A stretch of DNA of 64,000 bases from Minisyncoccota bacterium (GCA_036517335.1 DATDWX010000033.1:9-64008); one strand, 5' to 3'. Positions 39,301-50,100 are shown, numbered from the stretch's first letter. The notes: a model not told the origin generated them from the letters alone. Made by a program: numbers and translations.

Positions 39301-39441
39301 AATGGTCCTTCACGCTCGATTCATCCGATTTTGAAATAAAAGGGGGTGTGAGGAGCGTATCATAGGCGTAAGCAGCCCTTCTCGAAGAGGGGGTTGCCGC
39401 TTTGTCTGTATTTTTTATTACATCCAGTCCCACCTCATAAT

Positions 39442-40767
39442 ATGGCAGCAAAAAAATCAAAGAAAACAGGCAAGCGCAAACAGGTGAGCCGCCCAAGGCG
39501 CGCGAAGCTTTCGAGGGTCAAGCCGCGCGCGCGGCGTCGCTCCAGCTCCGCACAAACGGCGATGCGCCGAAGGGCTGCCCGCGTGCGGGCTGCGCGTGCT
39601 TCACGTGTACGCGCTCCTTTACCCGCCAAAAAATCCACGGCGACCAAGCCCCTGCCGGGTGAGAGGATCTTCGGCGGAGAGGCAGGACAGCGCAAATACC
39701 AGACTAAAGTCGAGGGGCTCATCCGCCTCGGACGCGAACGCGGCTACGTGACCTATGATGAAATTCTTCGCGAATTTCCCACGATCGAGGAAAACGTTCT
39801 TTTGCTCGAAGAAATGTACGAGCGCTTCGGATCGGCGGGCATCGATGTCTTAGAAGGAGGGGGCATGCTCGGAGATACGACGGCCGACGAAATATTGGAG
39901 AAGAAAAAATTGCAGCACCGCCGCGCGGACGCTGGCTTCGATTCAGTGCAGATGTATCTGCGCGAGATCGGCCAGTACCCGCTCTTGAACGGCGATCAGG
40001 AAAAAACGCTCGCGAAGCGCATTGTGGAAGGTGATCAAGAAGCGCGCGGCATTCTCGCCCGCTCCAACCTTCGTCTGGTCGTATCGATCGCCAAGAAATA
40101 CGTGAATCGCTCGCCCGACCTCACACTCCTCGACCTCATTCAGGAGGGCAATCTCGGCCTTTTCAAGGCGGTGGACAAATTCGATTGGACCAAGGGCTAC
40201 AAATTCTCCACCTATGCGACTTGGTGGATCCGCCAAGCCATCACCCGCGCGCTGGCCGATCAGAGCCGCACCATCCGCATCCCCGTCCACATGGTCGAGA
40301 CCATCGCCAAGTACAAGCAAAAGGTGCGCGAGCTTTCCCAGCACCTGGGGCGCGACCCGCTGCCGGAGGAGATCGCGGCGGAAATGGGCATCGAGATCGA
40401 GAAGATCTACACCATCCAGAAGATCAACCAAGACACCGTGTCTCTCGAGAGCCCGGTGGGTGAAGACGACGACGAGCGCTCCACCTTGGGCAGCTTCATT
40501 GCCGACGACACCATCGCGAGCCCCGATATGGACGCTTCGCGCCGCATCCTCGGCGAGCAAATGATGGACATTCTCGAAGAGCTCTCACCGAAGGAGCGCA
40601 AGATACTCGAAATGCGCAATGGTCTCACCGACGACGGCGTCTGCTCCACCCTCGAAGAAGTAGGCCGAGAATTCGGCGTGACGCGCGAAAGAATTAGGCA
40701 AATTGAGGCAAAGGCGCTAGAGAGAATAAGGTTCCACGAACGCGCAAAACAGCTCCGGAGCTACTAA
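39442..40767 (+). CDS. rpoD: Primary sigma factor with basic N-terminal extension
   Basis: [60 protein letters not shown]; follows dnaG. Confidence 0.95.
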   Translation: MAAKKSKKTGKRKQVSRPRRAKLSRVKPRARRRSSSAQTAMRRRAARVRAARASRVRAPLPAKKSTATKPLPGERIFGGEAGQRKYQTKVEGLIRLGRERGYVTYDEILREFPTIEENVLLLEEMYERFGSAGIDVLEGGGMLGDTTADEILEKKKLQHRRADAGFDSVQMYLREIGQYPLLNGDQEKTLAKRIVEGDQEARGILARSNLRLVVSIAKKYVNRSPDLTLLDLIQEGNLGLFKAVDKFDWTKGYKFSTYATWWIRQAITRALADQSRTIRIPVHMVETIAKYKQKVRELSQHLGRDPLPEEIAAEMGIEIEKIYTIQKINQDTVSLESPVGEDDDERSTLGSFIADDTIASPDMDASRRILGEQMMDILEELSPKERKILEMRNGLTDDGVCSTLEEVGREFGVTRERIRQIEAKALERIRFHERAKQLRSY

Positions 40768-40822
40768 TTTTAGAGTGTACGTACCGTTGGGAGTTAAGGT
40801 GAGATAGTGTATATTGCTGGGT

Positions 40823-41149
40823 ATGGCTTGGTTTGGATACAAAAAGGATACAGAAACAGAAACAATGCAGATGGCGGTAGACCTGCCAGTATCTTTTATT
40901 GAAGAGGGTAATTCTGTTATTGCCTACACGCCAGCCCTCGATCTGTCGACCTGCGGAAGCACTCATGAAGAAGCCAAACAAATGTTTGACGAAATAGTTA
41001 AAATTTTCTTTAAAGACTTAGTTGAGAACAATACAACTGATGAGGTGCTGTCTTCCTTGGGGTGGACCAAAAAGACCCAGACGGCAAACTGGATGCCGCC
41101 TAAAATTTCACAAGAATCTATCGGGGTCCAAGTTCCGATCCCTGCCTGA
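40823..41149 (+). CDS. HicB-like antitoxin
   Basis: AYTPALDLSTCGSTHEEA partial RNase-H-like HicB motif; AT-rich. Confidence 0.75.
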   Translation: MAWFGYKKDTETETMQMAVDLPVSFIEEGNSVIAYTPALDLSTCGSTHEEAKQMFDEIVKIFFKDLVENNTTDEVLSSLGWTKKTQTANWMPPKISQESIGVQVPIPA

Positions 41150-41157
41150 CTTCCCGT

Positions 41158-41391
41158 ATGAAGGGGGTCGGTAAGATAAGTTGGCAGAGGTTTGAAAAAT
41201 TTCTCCTCGCGATTGGTTGCGAACTTAAAAGCCAAGAAGCCAGTCATCGCAAATACAAAAAGGCCGGAATTCTAAGGCCGATCATTGTTCCATGCTACAA
41301 AGAAATTCCAGATTTTGTCATTCTTAATAATTTGAGAACGCTCGGGATCTCAAGGGAGTACTTTGAGAAAACGATTAAAAGTTTCCGCTAG
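41158..41391 (+). CDS. HicA-like mRNA interferase toxin
   Basis: 77 aa, basic; FL..IG....SH..YKK...RPIIVP...ILNNL..LGI. Confidence 0.78.
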   Translation: MKGVGKISWQRFEKFLLAIGCELKSQEASHRKYKKAGILRPIIVPCYKEIPDFVILNNLRTLGISREYFEKTIKSFR

Positions 41392-41413
41392 ACAAGAGAG
41401 AATTCTCGCACTC

Positions 41414-41523
41414 ATCCGCCAGACCTGCCCCGTTAGAGGCGAATGCTCTCTAACGGAGTCGAAGCCAAAGCCCTCGAACGCATCCGCTTTCACGAACGTG
41501 CCAAGCAACTGCGGAGCTATTAA
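41414..41523 (+). pseudogene. Displaced duplicate of the rpoD 3' end, interrupted by a 35-bp hairpin
   Basis: IRQ-[41424-41458][21 protein letters not shown]; same amino acids as 40693-40767. Confidence 0.9.
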
Positions 41524-41528
41524 AAATG

Positions 41529-42548
41529 TTAGTGCACCCCTATATTAAAAAGAATATAAGTTACAGCCCCTGCGAGAACTACGTTGATAAAGGTGTTCAC
41601 ATAGGCAGTCAGATTTTGCCAGAAGTTTGATCGCTTGCTCACTGCAAAATCCAAAAGGCTTTTAACTGACGCAATCGGATAGTTTCTGAAATTGCGGCGC
41701 GCATTGTCGTTGTATTCCCGCAGATACTCTCGCGGAGGGTTATAAGTATCCTCAAACCGATCATTGATAAGGTGCGGCAACAACACAGAATCTGATTCAA
41801 ACTCAATCAACTGCTCCATAACTTCAGCAATGTGATCGTTCAGGATGAACCACTTAGCACTTTGTCCAGCGACGAGCAGATTTTTTTCCTCAATATTTGA
41901 CCACTTTTTAACTCGTGACGCCTCGATTTCGCGCATCATATAAAAGAGATTCAGCTCAGACCTGAGCTCTTCAAATATCTGATCCTTGATGTCGAGAAAT
42001 TTGAGCTTATCTACGAATACCTGAACGCGGTCATATCCAGATTGCTTCTCTATCTCCACACCAAAGAAATTGGTTGGGATTACGAAGAAGTCGGCGTGAA
42101 AAGGAGAGGGACCAATTACTTCCAATTCGAAATTACTTCGAAGGTATTTCCGAATGTATCCACGCACCTTTACAATTCCCGTGCTGGGATCTGCGGAGGT
42201 GGTGAGGGGAAAAACGAGCGTAACTGGCGTGTCGTATTCCGATTGGGTCCATAAACTGTACCGGGTATCCGATCCACGAAAATTATGATCAGAGCTCAGA
42301 TCAATATGAAATGAGAAATTCAAAAACCTGAGAGGATGTGTTCCTTCGAGAAGAGCTGGCGGTGCATCAAGATCAGCCTCTATGTGAAGGTTTGATAGAC
42401 CTGGTATATTCCTCAACGCTTCAGAAAGGTTGAGTATTTGTTCCTCCAAAGTTATTGGCACTGCAGATGTTATTTGAAAAAAGAACGAACCTATACCAAA
42501 TGAAAAATTAGTACCTACTGGCAAATTTTCTTTATTCACAAAGCGCAT
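41529..42548 (-). CDS. AT-rich hypothetical protein with C-terminal TM helix
   Basis: 339-aa ORF, GAAGGAG SD, composition unlike the core genes. Confidence 0.75.
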   Translation of the reverse strand: MRFVNKENLPVGTNFSFGIGSFFFQITSAVPITLEEQILNLSEALRNIPGLSNLHIEADLDAPPALLEGTHPLRFLNFSFHIDLSSDHNFRGSDTRYSLWTQSEYDTPVTLVFPLTTSADPSTGIVKVRGYIRKYLRSNFELEVIGPSPFHADFFVIPTNFFGVEIEKQSGYDRVQVFVDKLKFLDIKDQIFEELRSELNLFYMMREIEASRVKKWSNIEEKNLLVAGQSAKWFILNDHIAEVMEQLIEFESDSVLLPHLINDRFEDTYNPPREYLREYNDNARRNFRNYPIASVKSLLDFAVSKRSNFWQNLTAYVNTFINVVLAGAVTYILFNIGVH

Positions 42549-42615
42549 GCTACTCCTTCATGATTGGCTTGTCCAAAACGAGAGACCCGTACCGGCGACG
42601 ATGTGGCGGTACGGG

Positions 42616-43074
42616 TCAGTGTTTCGACCTATTATTGTTGAGGAGGAATTTCCGAGTCCATTGCCAGCCGGAACGATGAGCGAGGTTTCGAGCCGCTAAG
42701 TTGACGAATAGACTGGTCGAACCGCTGAGCGCCGTTGGCGCAAAGCAGCTCCACAAGAATTCCGGTGTCCCATTCAGAAAGTGAGCGAGAGCAACGAAGA
42801 CGAGAGTCATTGCTGCAGGCACCGCGCTGCCCCAAAAATAGGCAGGAAGAGGCTTTTGTATCTTGCAGGAAATGAGCTGTGCGACACCTGCGGTCACTCC
42901 CGTTAGTAGAGCGGATACTGGTGCCTGCGATCCACCGGCCCGAAGGTATTCTATGATGCCGTGGTCCCAGTTGATCAGGGCAACCATAACTCCCTGGAAA
43001 ATGCCCGAGACCAAAGCAAGCTTCCAGTTAAAGACGTCGCGGCAGAAAGCCACGACGTTGCTGAGCAACTTCAT
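42616..43074 (-). CDS. Hypothetical membrane protein
   Basis: About 4 hydrophobic segments; GGGAGG SD; promoter TGGACA-16-TAGGAT at 43117-43144. Confidence 0.7.
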   Translation of the reverse strand: MKLLSNVVAFCRDVFNWKLALVSGIFQGVMVALINWDHGIIEYLRAGGSQAPVSALLTGVTAGVAQLISCKIQKPLPAYFWGSAVPAAMTLVFVALAHFLNGTPEFLWSCFAPTALSGSTSLFVNLAARNLAHRSGWQWTRKFLLNNNRSKH

Positions 43075-43139
43075 GACTTCCTCCCAAAATGCGATTCGAG
43101 GAACAGGCCGACCGGAATCCTACACCCCGCCGCGGGCTT

Positions 43140-43927
43140 GTCCAAATACTTATGGTATTTGTTAATTCCCTTCTCCGCCAAGGCTACGAAAGGGCACGGC
43201 AAACGAATAAGCAAATACAGTTCATCAAAAACGAAGCGGCCGGTTCCTTTGGCGGGGAACTCGGCCTTCTTGCTCGTAATGTCCGAGCTAGTCGGACGGA
43301 GCGGTTGGGTGTTGCGATGCCCAGCGATCGCAGACTGCGCAATAAATCACATCGCCTAGCACTTGGACACCCAGGGCTTCGAACTCAAGGATAAGGTGGC
43401 CGAGCTTCAGACTATCTGCGAGCACAACGCTGGGCTGAGCAGGATGCGCCGCGAGAGCTTTGGCGAGCTTCGCACAACCTTCCCGCATATACCCCGTATA
43501 CAGCTGGTATTCATCGGAGATGTACACCAACTGCAGAGACGGATGCTCTTGAATATAGCTGACTGCATCGTGAAAGAGCGTTCGGCAGCTGACAGTGGAG
43601 GACCACACGCCGGGCTCGGTGGTCTCCAAGCAGAAGTGAAGCATTCCTTCCAAATGGTGACGCCCCATACTGCTCGCCGCCACCATGAGGATGTGTGTGG
43701 CCTTCATCGGAGCCATGAGGTTCCTCCTGAGAAGAGCGGACGTTCTCCAGCCGGAGCTATTCCGCCGCAATCCTACACCACGCCTCGAGTTTGCCAAGCC
43801 CCCGTAGCTCCGCCGGAGGCTGATGGTACCGGGGTCCAAATATTATTTTGGTATTTGTTAATTCCTTTCTCCGCCCGGGCTATGAAAGGGCGCGGCAATC
43901 AAATAAGCAAATACGGTTGGTCCAAAA
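43140..43927. repeat. Two copies (43140-43230, 43834-43927) of a ~90-bp hairpin spacer between cassette genes
   Basis: gtccaaata..ggtatttgttaattcc(c/t)ttctccgcc....gcta(c/t)gaaagggc.cggcaa...aataagcaaatac. Confidence 0.85.
43288..43716 (-). CDS. Hypothetical protein, paralog of 44042..44434
   Basis: AGGAGG SD; promoter TTGGCA-16-TAGGAT at 43770-43797. Confidence 0.65.
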   Translation of the reverse strand: MAPMKATHILMVAASSMGRHHLEGMLHFCLETTEPGVWSSTVSCRTLFHDAVSYIQEHPSLQLVYISDEYQLYTGYMREGCAKLAKALAAHPAQPSVVLADSLKLGHLILEFEALGVQVLGDVIYCAVCDRWASQHPTAPSD

Positions 43928-44041
43928 TCGGATTTTCAATTCTCTAATTCGCGCGAATAAGCGAATAGTTTGAAATGTCCAAAAATGAAGCGGTCGGATC
44001 TTCCCCTTTGATCCGGCCGTTTTATAGTTTGCCGCGTACCG

Positions 44042-44434
44042 TCATGCAGCGTGCCCGTCTTGCGCCCACCCAGCGACCACGACGAGTTCGGAGAGATTGC
44101 GAGCGACTTGCGCGCCTGCGAAGATCGGCGCGTAGAGGTCATGAAGTCCTTCGTTGGCGAACACGACCCGTGGATGCGGCCTGGCCCCCGCTACGGCTTT
44201 AGCGATACCTTGGCAAAACATTTCCATAATATGGGTGTCCACAACTCCATACTCGTTCCCGATGAATACGAAATGGAGGATTCCAGCTCCCTGTATCGCC
44301 GCAGGAGCGTTTGCAAGGTTCTTAAGGTGGTCTAGATCGGGCACCAAACCTTCTCGCAGCTCGACCGCCATCTTCAGAAGAACGGTGTCGCGCGTTTCTC
44401 GTCCCACGCCAATAAGCAAACCACGAACAACCAT
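44042..44434 (-). CDS. Hypothetical protein, paralog of 43288..43716
   Basis: GGAGGGAG SD; TTGACA..TAGCAT at 44491-44517. Confidence 0.65.
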   Translation of the reverse strand: MVVRGLLIGVGRETRDTVLLKMAVELREGLVPDLDHLKNLANAPAAIQGAGILHFVFIGNEYGVVDTHIMEMFCQGIAKAVAGARPHPRVVFANEGLHDLYAPIFAGAQVARNLSELVVVAGWAQDGHAA

Positions 44435-44569
44435 GTGACTCCCTCCGGAAGGACCGGCAGGACATCTCCCACCAGGCATCAACTCAACACATGCTACACC
44501 CGTTCCCGATTTGTCAAAACGAAGAGGCCGGTCCTCCGGGGGAGGGCCGGCTGCCTGGATGCTGCGAAT

Positions 44570-44914
44570 TTAGGCGGCGTAGGATTTTTCGGCCTCTTGC
44601 TCGAAGACGAAGGTACGGGCTCCTGGGGTGGGCGGGGCGATGGGGATAGTTATCTGGTATTTCGACAACTCTCTTTCGAGCTCGTTCTTTTCTGCCTCAA
44701 GCTTTTTCACCAGGCTTTCGCTGCGATACACGGTGGGGAGGAGCCCAAGCAGTGTCGCAATTACAGCGACGCCGATCACGCAGAGGAGCACGAAGGCGAG
44801 CGGTGCGCTGAAGTGCCAGGCAAGGAGGCTCACGCTCGCAAGAGTAGCGTTTTGGAGGGTAAAGACGGTGAGGCCTGCGCCGAGAATAATGCCCAATATT
44901 AAAGCCAATATCAT
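44570..44914 (-). CDS. LapA/DUF1049-like small membrane protein
   Basis: TM-FTLQN...V.LL.W.F..PL-TM, then a coiled coil. Confidence 0.8.
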   Translation of the reverse strand: MILALILGIILGAGLTVFTLQNATLASVSLLAWHFSAPLAFVLLCVIGVAVIATLLGLLPTVYRSESLVKKLEAEKNELERELSKYQITIPIAPPTPGARTFVFEQEAEKSYAA

Positions 44915-45031
44915 ATGTGCAATTGTTATCTGCTAATATGTGCATGCCTTAAGACGTATGACAGGCGCAAGTATTTCAGAATGATGGAGTTTGTCCAAAG
45001 CGGGACACCATAGTACGATTTCGACAATATT

Positions 45032-46087
45032 ATGACGGGCACAATAGATTTAGTGAAATTCATACTCGATCGCAACAAGGCGCAGAGCAAGGAATTTTGC
45101 ACGCCCGGCAGCCAGCTCGGCCGCCGCCTCTACCGCGCCCAGCATCCGAGCGAGATAATCGCGCTCAAATGCATGGACGGTCGGCTGAATCTTTCGGTCA
45201 TGACGAATACGCCGCAGGGCATCATCAAACCGTACCGAAATATCGGCGGCAAGTTCGATCTCGGCTGGCCATTCTTCGGGCGATTGATGCTTGAGGATAT
45301 CGAGTTTGCCGTATCGAGAGGTCGGACGACGATCGTGCTTTCCACATACCACTTTTCAAAAGGCGATCAGCATCGCAGTTGCGCTGGCTATGCGTATGAC
45401 AGCGATGCCGCGCGCGCGGGCGCTACCGCACTGTGTGATCAATTCACACGAGCGTTCGGGGGCAACCATGTGGCTGTCTTTCCCATAGTTGTGGGTATCG
45501 AGACCGATGAAGGCGGACTTGTATTCCATGGAGGAGGGAAACGTACCTTTAACATTGCGAATCATGTCGGCGCCAACGCGGAAAATCTGCGAAGCGAATT
45601 GCGGCATATGTATGCAGACATGCCCGAGCACATCATTGATGACCTTATGCCGCTCGTCGTGGGCAATCAGCATTACGTGATCGCTATTCGCGCGCAGAAG
45701 CGGCCGGTGGAAGATATGGAACACAAGGAGCAGATAATCGCCGTGGGGCGCGGATTTGATTGGCTGCATTTGCCGAATCGCGCCCTCATCATCGGGCCGT
45801 ATGACCCGCGCTGGGAAGACGCTGTTGCTACCGCTGGCGCGATCGTGCTGGGCAACATGAAGGCAAAAAGAATTCCGGAGGAAAGCGGCGTATTGCTTCT
45901 CGTTACTGCGCCGTACCGTACCGTGGGGGCCGATCAGGGCGTTGCTGAAGAAAAGGCGCTTTTCCTCGCTCGCGAAGCCGACCGCATTTTCAAGGAGCGC
46001 GTGCCAGCCATACTGGAAAAACTGAAGGTGCTCGTCGGTATTGTTGATCTGAACACAAGGAATTTCAACGTGTTAAAAAAAGCCTAA
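45032..46087 (+). CDS. Beta-class carbonic anhydrase, CsoSCA-like
   Basis: CMDGR and HFSKGDQHRSCAG Zn-ligand motifs; GIETDE. Confidence 0.7.
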   Translation: MTGTIDLVKFILDRNKAQSKEFCTPGSQLGRRLYRAQHPSEIIALKCMDGRLNLSVMTNTPQGIIKPYRNIGGKFDLGWPFFGRLMLEDIEFAVSRGRTTIVLSTYHFSKGDQHRSCAGYAYDSDAARAGATALCDQFTRAFGGNHVAVFPIVVGIETDEGGLVFHGGGKRTFNIANHVGANAENLRSELRHMYADMPEHIIDDLMPLVVGNQHYVIAIRAQKRPVEDMEHKEQIIAVGRGFDWLHLPNRALIIGPYDPRWEDAVATAGAIVLGNMKAKRIPEESGVLLLVTAPYRTVGADQGVAEEKALFLAREADRIFKERVPAILEKLKVLVGIVDLNTRNFNVLKKA

Positions 46088-46183
46088 ATCTTGCTATAAC
46101 GGTGGTCCCTCTTTTTTGATGATGTAAAGGCGGGGACGTTCGAGGAGGTTTGTCGGGTGTGAGATACTCGATATACTCGCCTC

Positions 46184-47038
46184 ATGGCGAGGAAAAAAAC
46201 GGCATTGCCCATAACCCACTGGAGCTACTCCTCGTTAATGTCTTATTTGCGCAATCCTTTGGCTTGGTACAAGCGCTACGTAGAGCACGTGTACGACACG
46301 CCTTCGTCGCCCGCGGGTATCATTGGCCGGGCGGGGCATGTGGCCTTGCAACATTTCTACAGCGGGATAGCGAAGGAGGGCGCGATTGATCTAGGATTGG
46401 AATATTTGCGCAGCGTGCCGGACTTTGAGATCAATTTTGGCAAGCTAAAGTCCCTGCCTGCCGGCAGGCAGGGTGCCGCGCAAAGGAGAAAGCGCCAGCT
46501 GATGGGACGCGAATACCTGCAGGCGGTCGCTTTCTACTTGGAGAAGCCGCCACGCTACGATGTCTTGGGCGTGGAGGTCAGGGCCGACGCACTAGTACAA
46601 GGATTGCCCCTGCCGATACGTGCGGTATCCGATCTCGTCGTGCGGTCAAAGGGGGAGCGGGATGCGCTTGATGTCGTAGATCACAAATTTGTGGATTCTT
46701 TCAGCGCGCTCGGCGCTGGCAAGACGCTCTTCGTCATCCAAGCCATCTTCAACTACTACACCGTCTCACAGATGTACGATAGACCTGTACGCCGCTTCAT
46801 TCTGCAGGAGTGCAAAAAAAGAAAAAACGCCGACGGCTCACCCCAAATGCGCAAATATGTAATCAACTTCGACGAACGAGCCGAAGATTTCGCCCTCTTC
46901 CACCGTTTAATCAAGGAAACAACGGCCGATCTCGCAAAGCGACAACACTTCCTCCCCAATCCATCTGATATGTTCGAAGGCGAGAATTCCTTTGATATTT
47001 ATCGGCTTGGATTGACTGGTAAAAATCACACGTTATAA
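46184..47038 (+). CDS. PD-(D/E)XK nuclease family protein (RecB/AddB-like)
   Basis: SYSSL..Y..NP, G...H..L, E...D.V....VVDHK, LPNP. Confidence 0.8.
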   Translation: MARKKTALPITHWSYSSLMSYLRNPLAWYKRYVEHVYDTPSSPAGIIGRAGHVALQHFYSGIAKEGAIDLGLEYLRSVPDFEINFGKLKSLPAGRQGAAQRRKRQLMGREYLQAVAFYLEKPPRYDVLGVEVRADALVQGLPLPIRAVSDLVVRSKGERDALDVVDHKFVDSFSALGAGKTLFVIQAIFNYYTVSQMYDRPVRRFILQECKKRKNADGSPQMRKYVINFDERAEDFALFHRLIKETTADLAKRQHFLPNPSDMFEGENSFDIYRLGLTGKNHTL

Positions 47039-47151
47039 CGCGTACGGTAGCAAATTCGCTATCGCTTGAAAAAGGACGCTAGCTTTGCAAAGACGGGGAG
47101 GATATACTGCCAGCAGAATGAACCGGGAGTTTATTTATAATTTTATCTATC

Positions 47152-50100
47152 ATGCAAAGCTCAATACACACGAATGTCGGGCGCGTTTTTAGGGTCGGTT
47201 TTATTACTTTGATCATCCTTGCTGCAGTGGCTTTGGTGAGCGTTCCATCGGCGGACGCAGCCGTGGCGTACCGCGCTTCGGCCGCGACCTGCAACGCGAC
47301 AGCGAATACTTCCGTGAGCGTTCCTTCTGGCACGATAAACGGCGATGTGATGCTCATGGTCATCAATTCCAAAGACAATGCGGTGCAAGCCACATCTACC
47401 GGCTGGACACGGATCGGTACCCAGCTCAACAACGGCAGCTCGCTGACGACAAGCATCTTCTATCGCGTCGCAAGTAGCGAACCAGCGAGTTACTCGCCTG
47501 CCACGACGGCAGTGTCGCACTGTCTTAGCATCTCATCTTTTAGCGGCGCAGACGCGACTTCTCCCATCAATGCTTCAAGTCAGCGCGCCAACGCATCTTC
47601 TATCACTGTTACCGCAAATGCAATTACGCCAAGTATCGCCGATACACAAATAGTATTTATTTCCGGGTACGGAGACAACAGTACCCATAGCAGTTATAGC
47701 GGAACCAACCCCACCTTTACCGAGCGTTTTGATGTACGTACATCGCTGGGCACGGATAATGCCATTGCGCTTGCATCGGGCGCAAAAACAGACACGACGA
47801 GCACCGGCAACAGGACGGCGGTCGCCACGTCTCCTGCCGCAGTCAACAACGGCTACCTTATCGCCCTTGCGCCGGGAGCGCCCTCGACACTAAGCATCTC
47901 GGGCACCTGTAAGCAGCACGACAACATCACCAACTGTACCGACACGGGGACGGTGCGTGTGGCCGTTGACGGCGTCTTACAGGGGCAAACGCAAGCCACC
48001 GTCGCTGGCTCATGGACCATCTCGGGCGTGACCGCCTCTGCCGGTGCCGTGATTACGGTGTTTATCGACGGCGTCGCCTCGAGCGAAGAGCGCGCAGTAG
48101 CCGTCACCACGTATGTAGGCAGCGGTGACGTGGCAGGGCTCGAGCTCATCGAAGGAGCGCTCAGCCTCGGCAGCAGCGAAAACCGCACCCTCACTAATGC
48201 CAACATCGCGCAGTATGACAATTCGGTATCCGGAGATGCTGATATATTCGACGACGTAAATGCGGGCAACGACCTCACCGTCGATGCCAATAGCTCGATA
48301 ACCGGCGAATTGCTGTACGTAAAAAGCGGCAATACGTACCGCCCCGACAGCACGAGCTCCGGATTCATGACGACGCACGACCTCGAAAACCGAGGAACAC
48401 TTCAGACAGACGGTAATACCATTACGCTCGACGGCTCGTGGAAAAATAGCGGCACGTTTACGGCAAACACTTCGCTGGTCACGTTCAATTCTGCTGTCGG
48501 CGGAACAGTGAGCGGCACCTTAAGCGGCACGTCTGCGTTCAACAAAGTACTATTTGATGGCGGCGGCGCATGGACGATTCAAAATGCTATGAAAGTATCG
48601 GCTGCAAATGCTACTGACACATTTGTGATCAAAAACGGCACGACCACCATCGGCGATTCGAGTGGCGACAATTTGGAAGTAAATGGCAAACTCGTCATCG
48701 CAGGAACCGCCGGAGAAATGGGTACGTTGCAAACTGCGGCCCTCCCACAAGGTAGCACCATCACGATCGACCTCAACAACAACACATCTCCCGCTACATG
48801 CGCCAACTGCATCATTTCTGTCGGTGCTTCTTCTGGCGCTGGCGCTGGCAGCTTGAAGCTGAAGAAAAACACGATTTTGAGGCTCAATCCTCGATCGACG
48901 GCAACAGCATCAGATACCGGTGTCGAAGTACAGTCGACTGGGTATCTGGAGATCCTCGGCAGCCAGGAGGCCACCAACACGGTCGCCTCCCTTACACAAA
49001 ATACATCGGGCACCACGATCACCGTAGCCGGTACGCCGTTTTCTTCTGGCCAGTGGGACGGTATGGCGGTTCGCTTCACGTCTTCGAGCACGCCAAGCTT
49101 CGGCAAAATATACACGGCAACCAGCACGGCAAGCAGCAGTATCACCATCACCGCCGTGACTTCTCCCACCGATTCAGATGCACAGGTACGGGGCGCTGAC
49201 ACGGCCTGTGCAGGAAGCGGCAACTGCACGGTCGATGTTGCGGATACGCTTTTTAGTGCAACCGGTCAGTATGTCGGCAGCTATCTCCACAACATTACCG
49301 ACGACAAGTACTACCTCATAGCAAGTACGACCGAGGCGACCACCGACTCGGTACGCATCGTCAGCAACTCACCGGACGATTTTGCGACGATGAACGATGG
49401 TGACGATGTCGAGATTACCGACGGTATCCGCTCTGGTGATGCGTTCGAGGTCATTGACTACGCCCACGTTACCGCCGAGAGCGGTACCGCATGCACCTCA
49501 GCCATCAATCAGGGCGGTGAGGCGTACATCGCTGGAAAGGCGGGTTCAGAAACAGTGATTCGCTATGCCGATATGTGCAATCTCGGCAAGGGTGTCACAA
49601 GCAAGTTCGGACTTACCTTCGAGAGCGTGAATGGCGCGGGTGCAGGAGAAGGCGTCACGGTCGACGACTCGCGAATACGTAAGGGCATGCGCGGTATCGC
49701 GCTCATCAGTTCGTCGGGGAATAGCGGAGGGAAGGGTATAACCAACAACACTATCGAGAATAGTTTTGATTATGGCCTGCACCTCAACGCCAGTTCCAAT
49801 AATGCCATTTCGTCTAACCTCAGCTCCGATAACCTGGTCGGTATGCTCCTCGAGGCTAGCAGCAACAGCAATACGGTAGCAAGCAACAAGGTGTCTCGCA
49901 GCACCGCACACGGCGTCGCCCTCGTTACCTCTTCGGGTAACTCGGTTACGGATAACAGCATCTTCCACAATGGCACCGTCTACGAAAGTCACCACGGCCT
50001 CTTTTTGCTCGGTACTTCCAACAACAACGTACTTGATGGAAACAAGGTGTACGACAACATCACCTGGGGCGTCGCACTCTTCAACGGCGCATCAAACAAC

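Noticed and set aside
43140-43927. Canonical integron attC sites
   Set aside because: No clear RYYYAAC...GTTRRRY cores and no IntI in the window. Kept only as an uncharacterised repeat.
46184-47038. Cas4 or CRISPR-associated role for the PD-(D/E)XK nuclease
   Set aside because: It lacks the four-Cys Fe-S motif, and there is no array or other cas gene.
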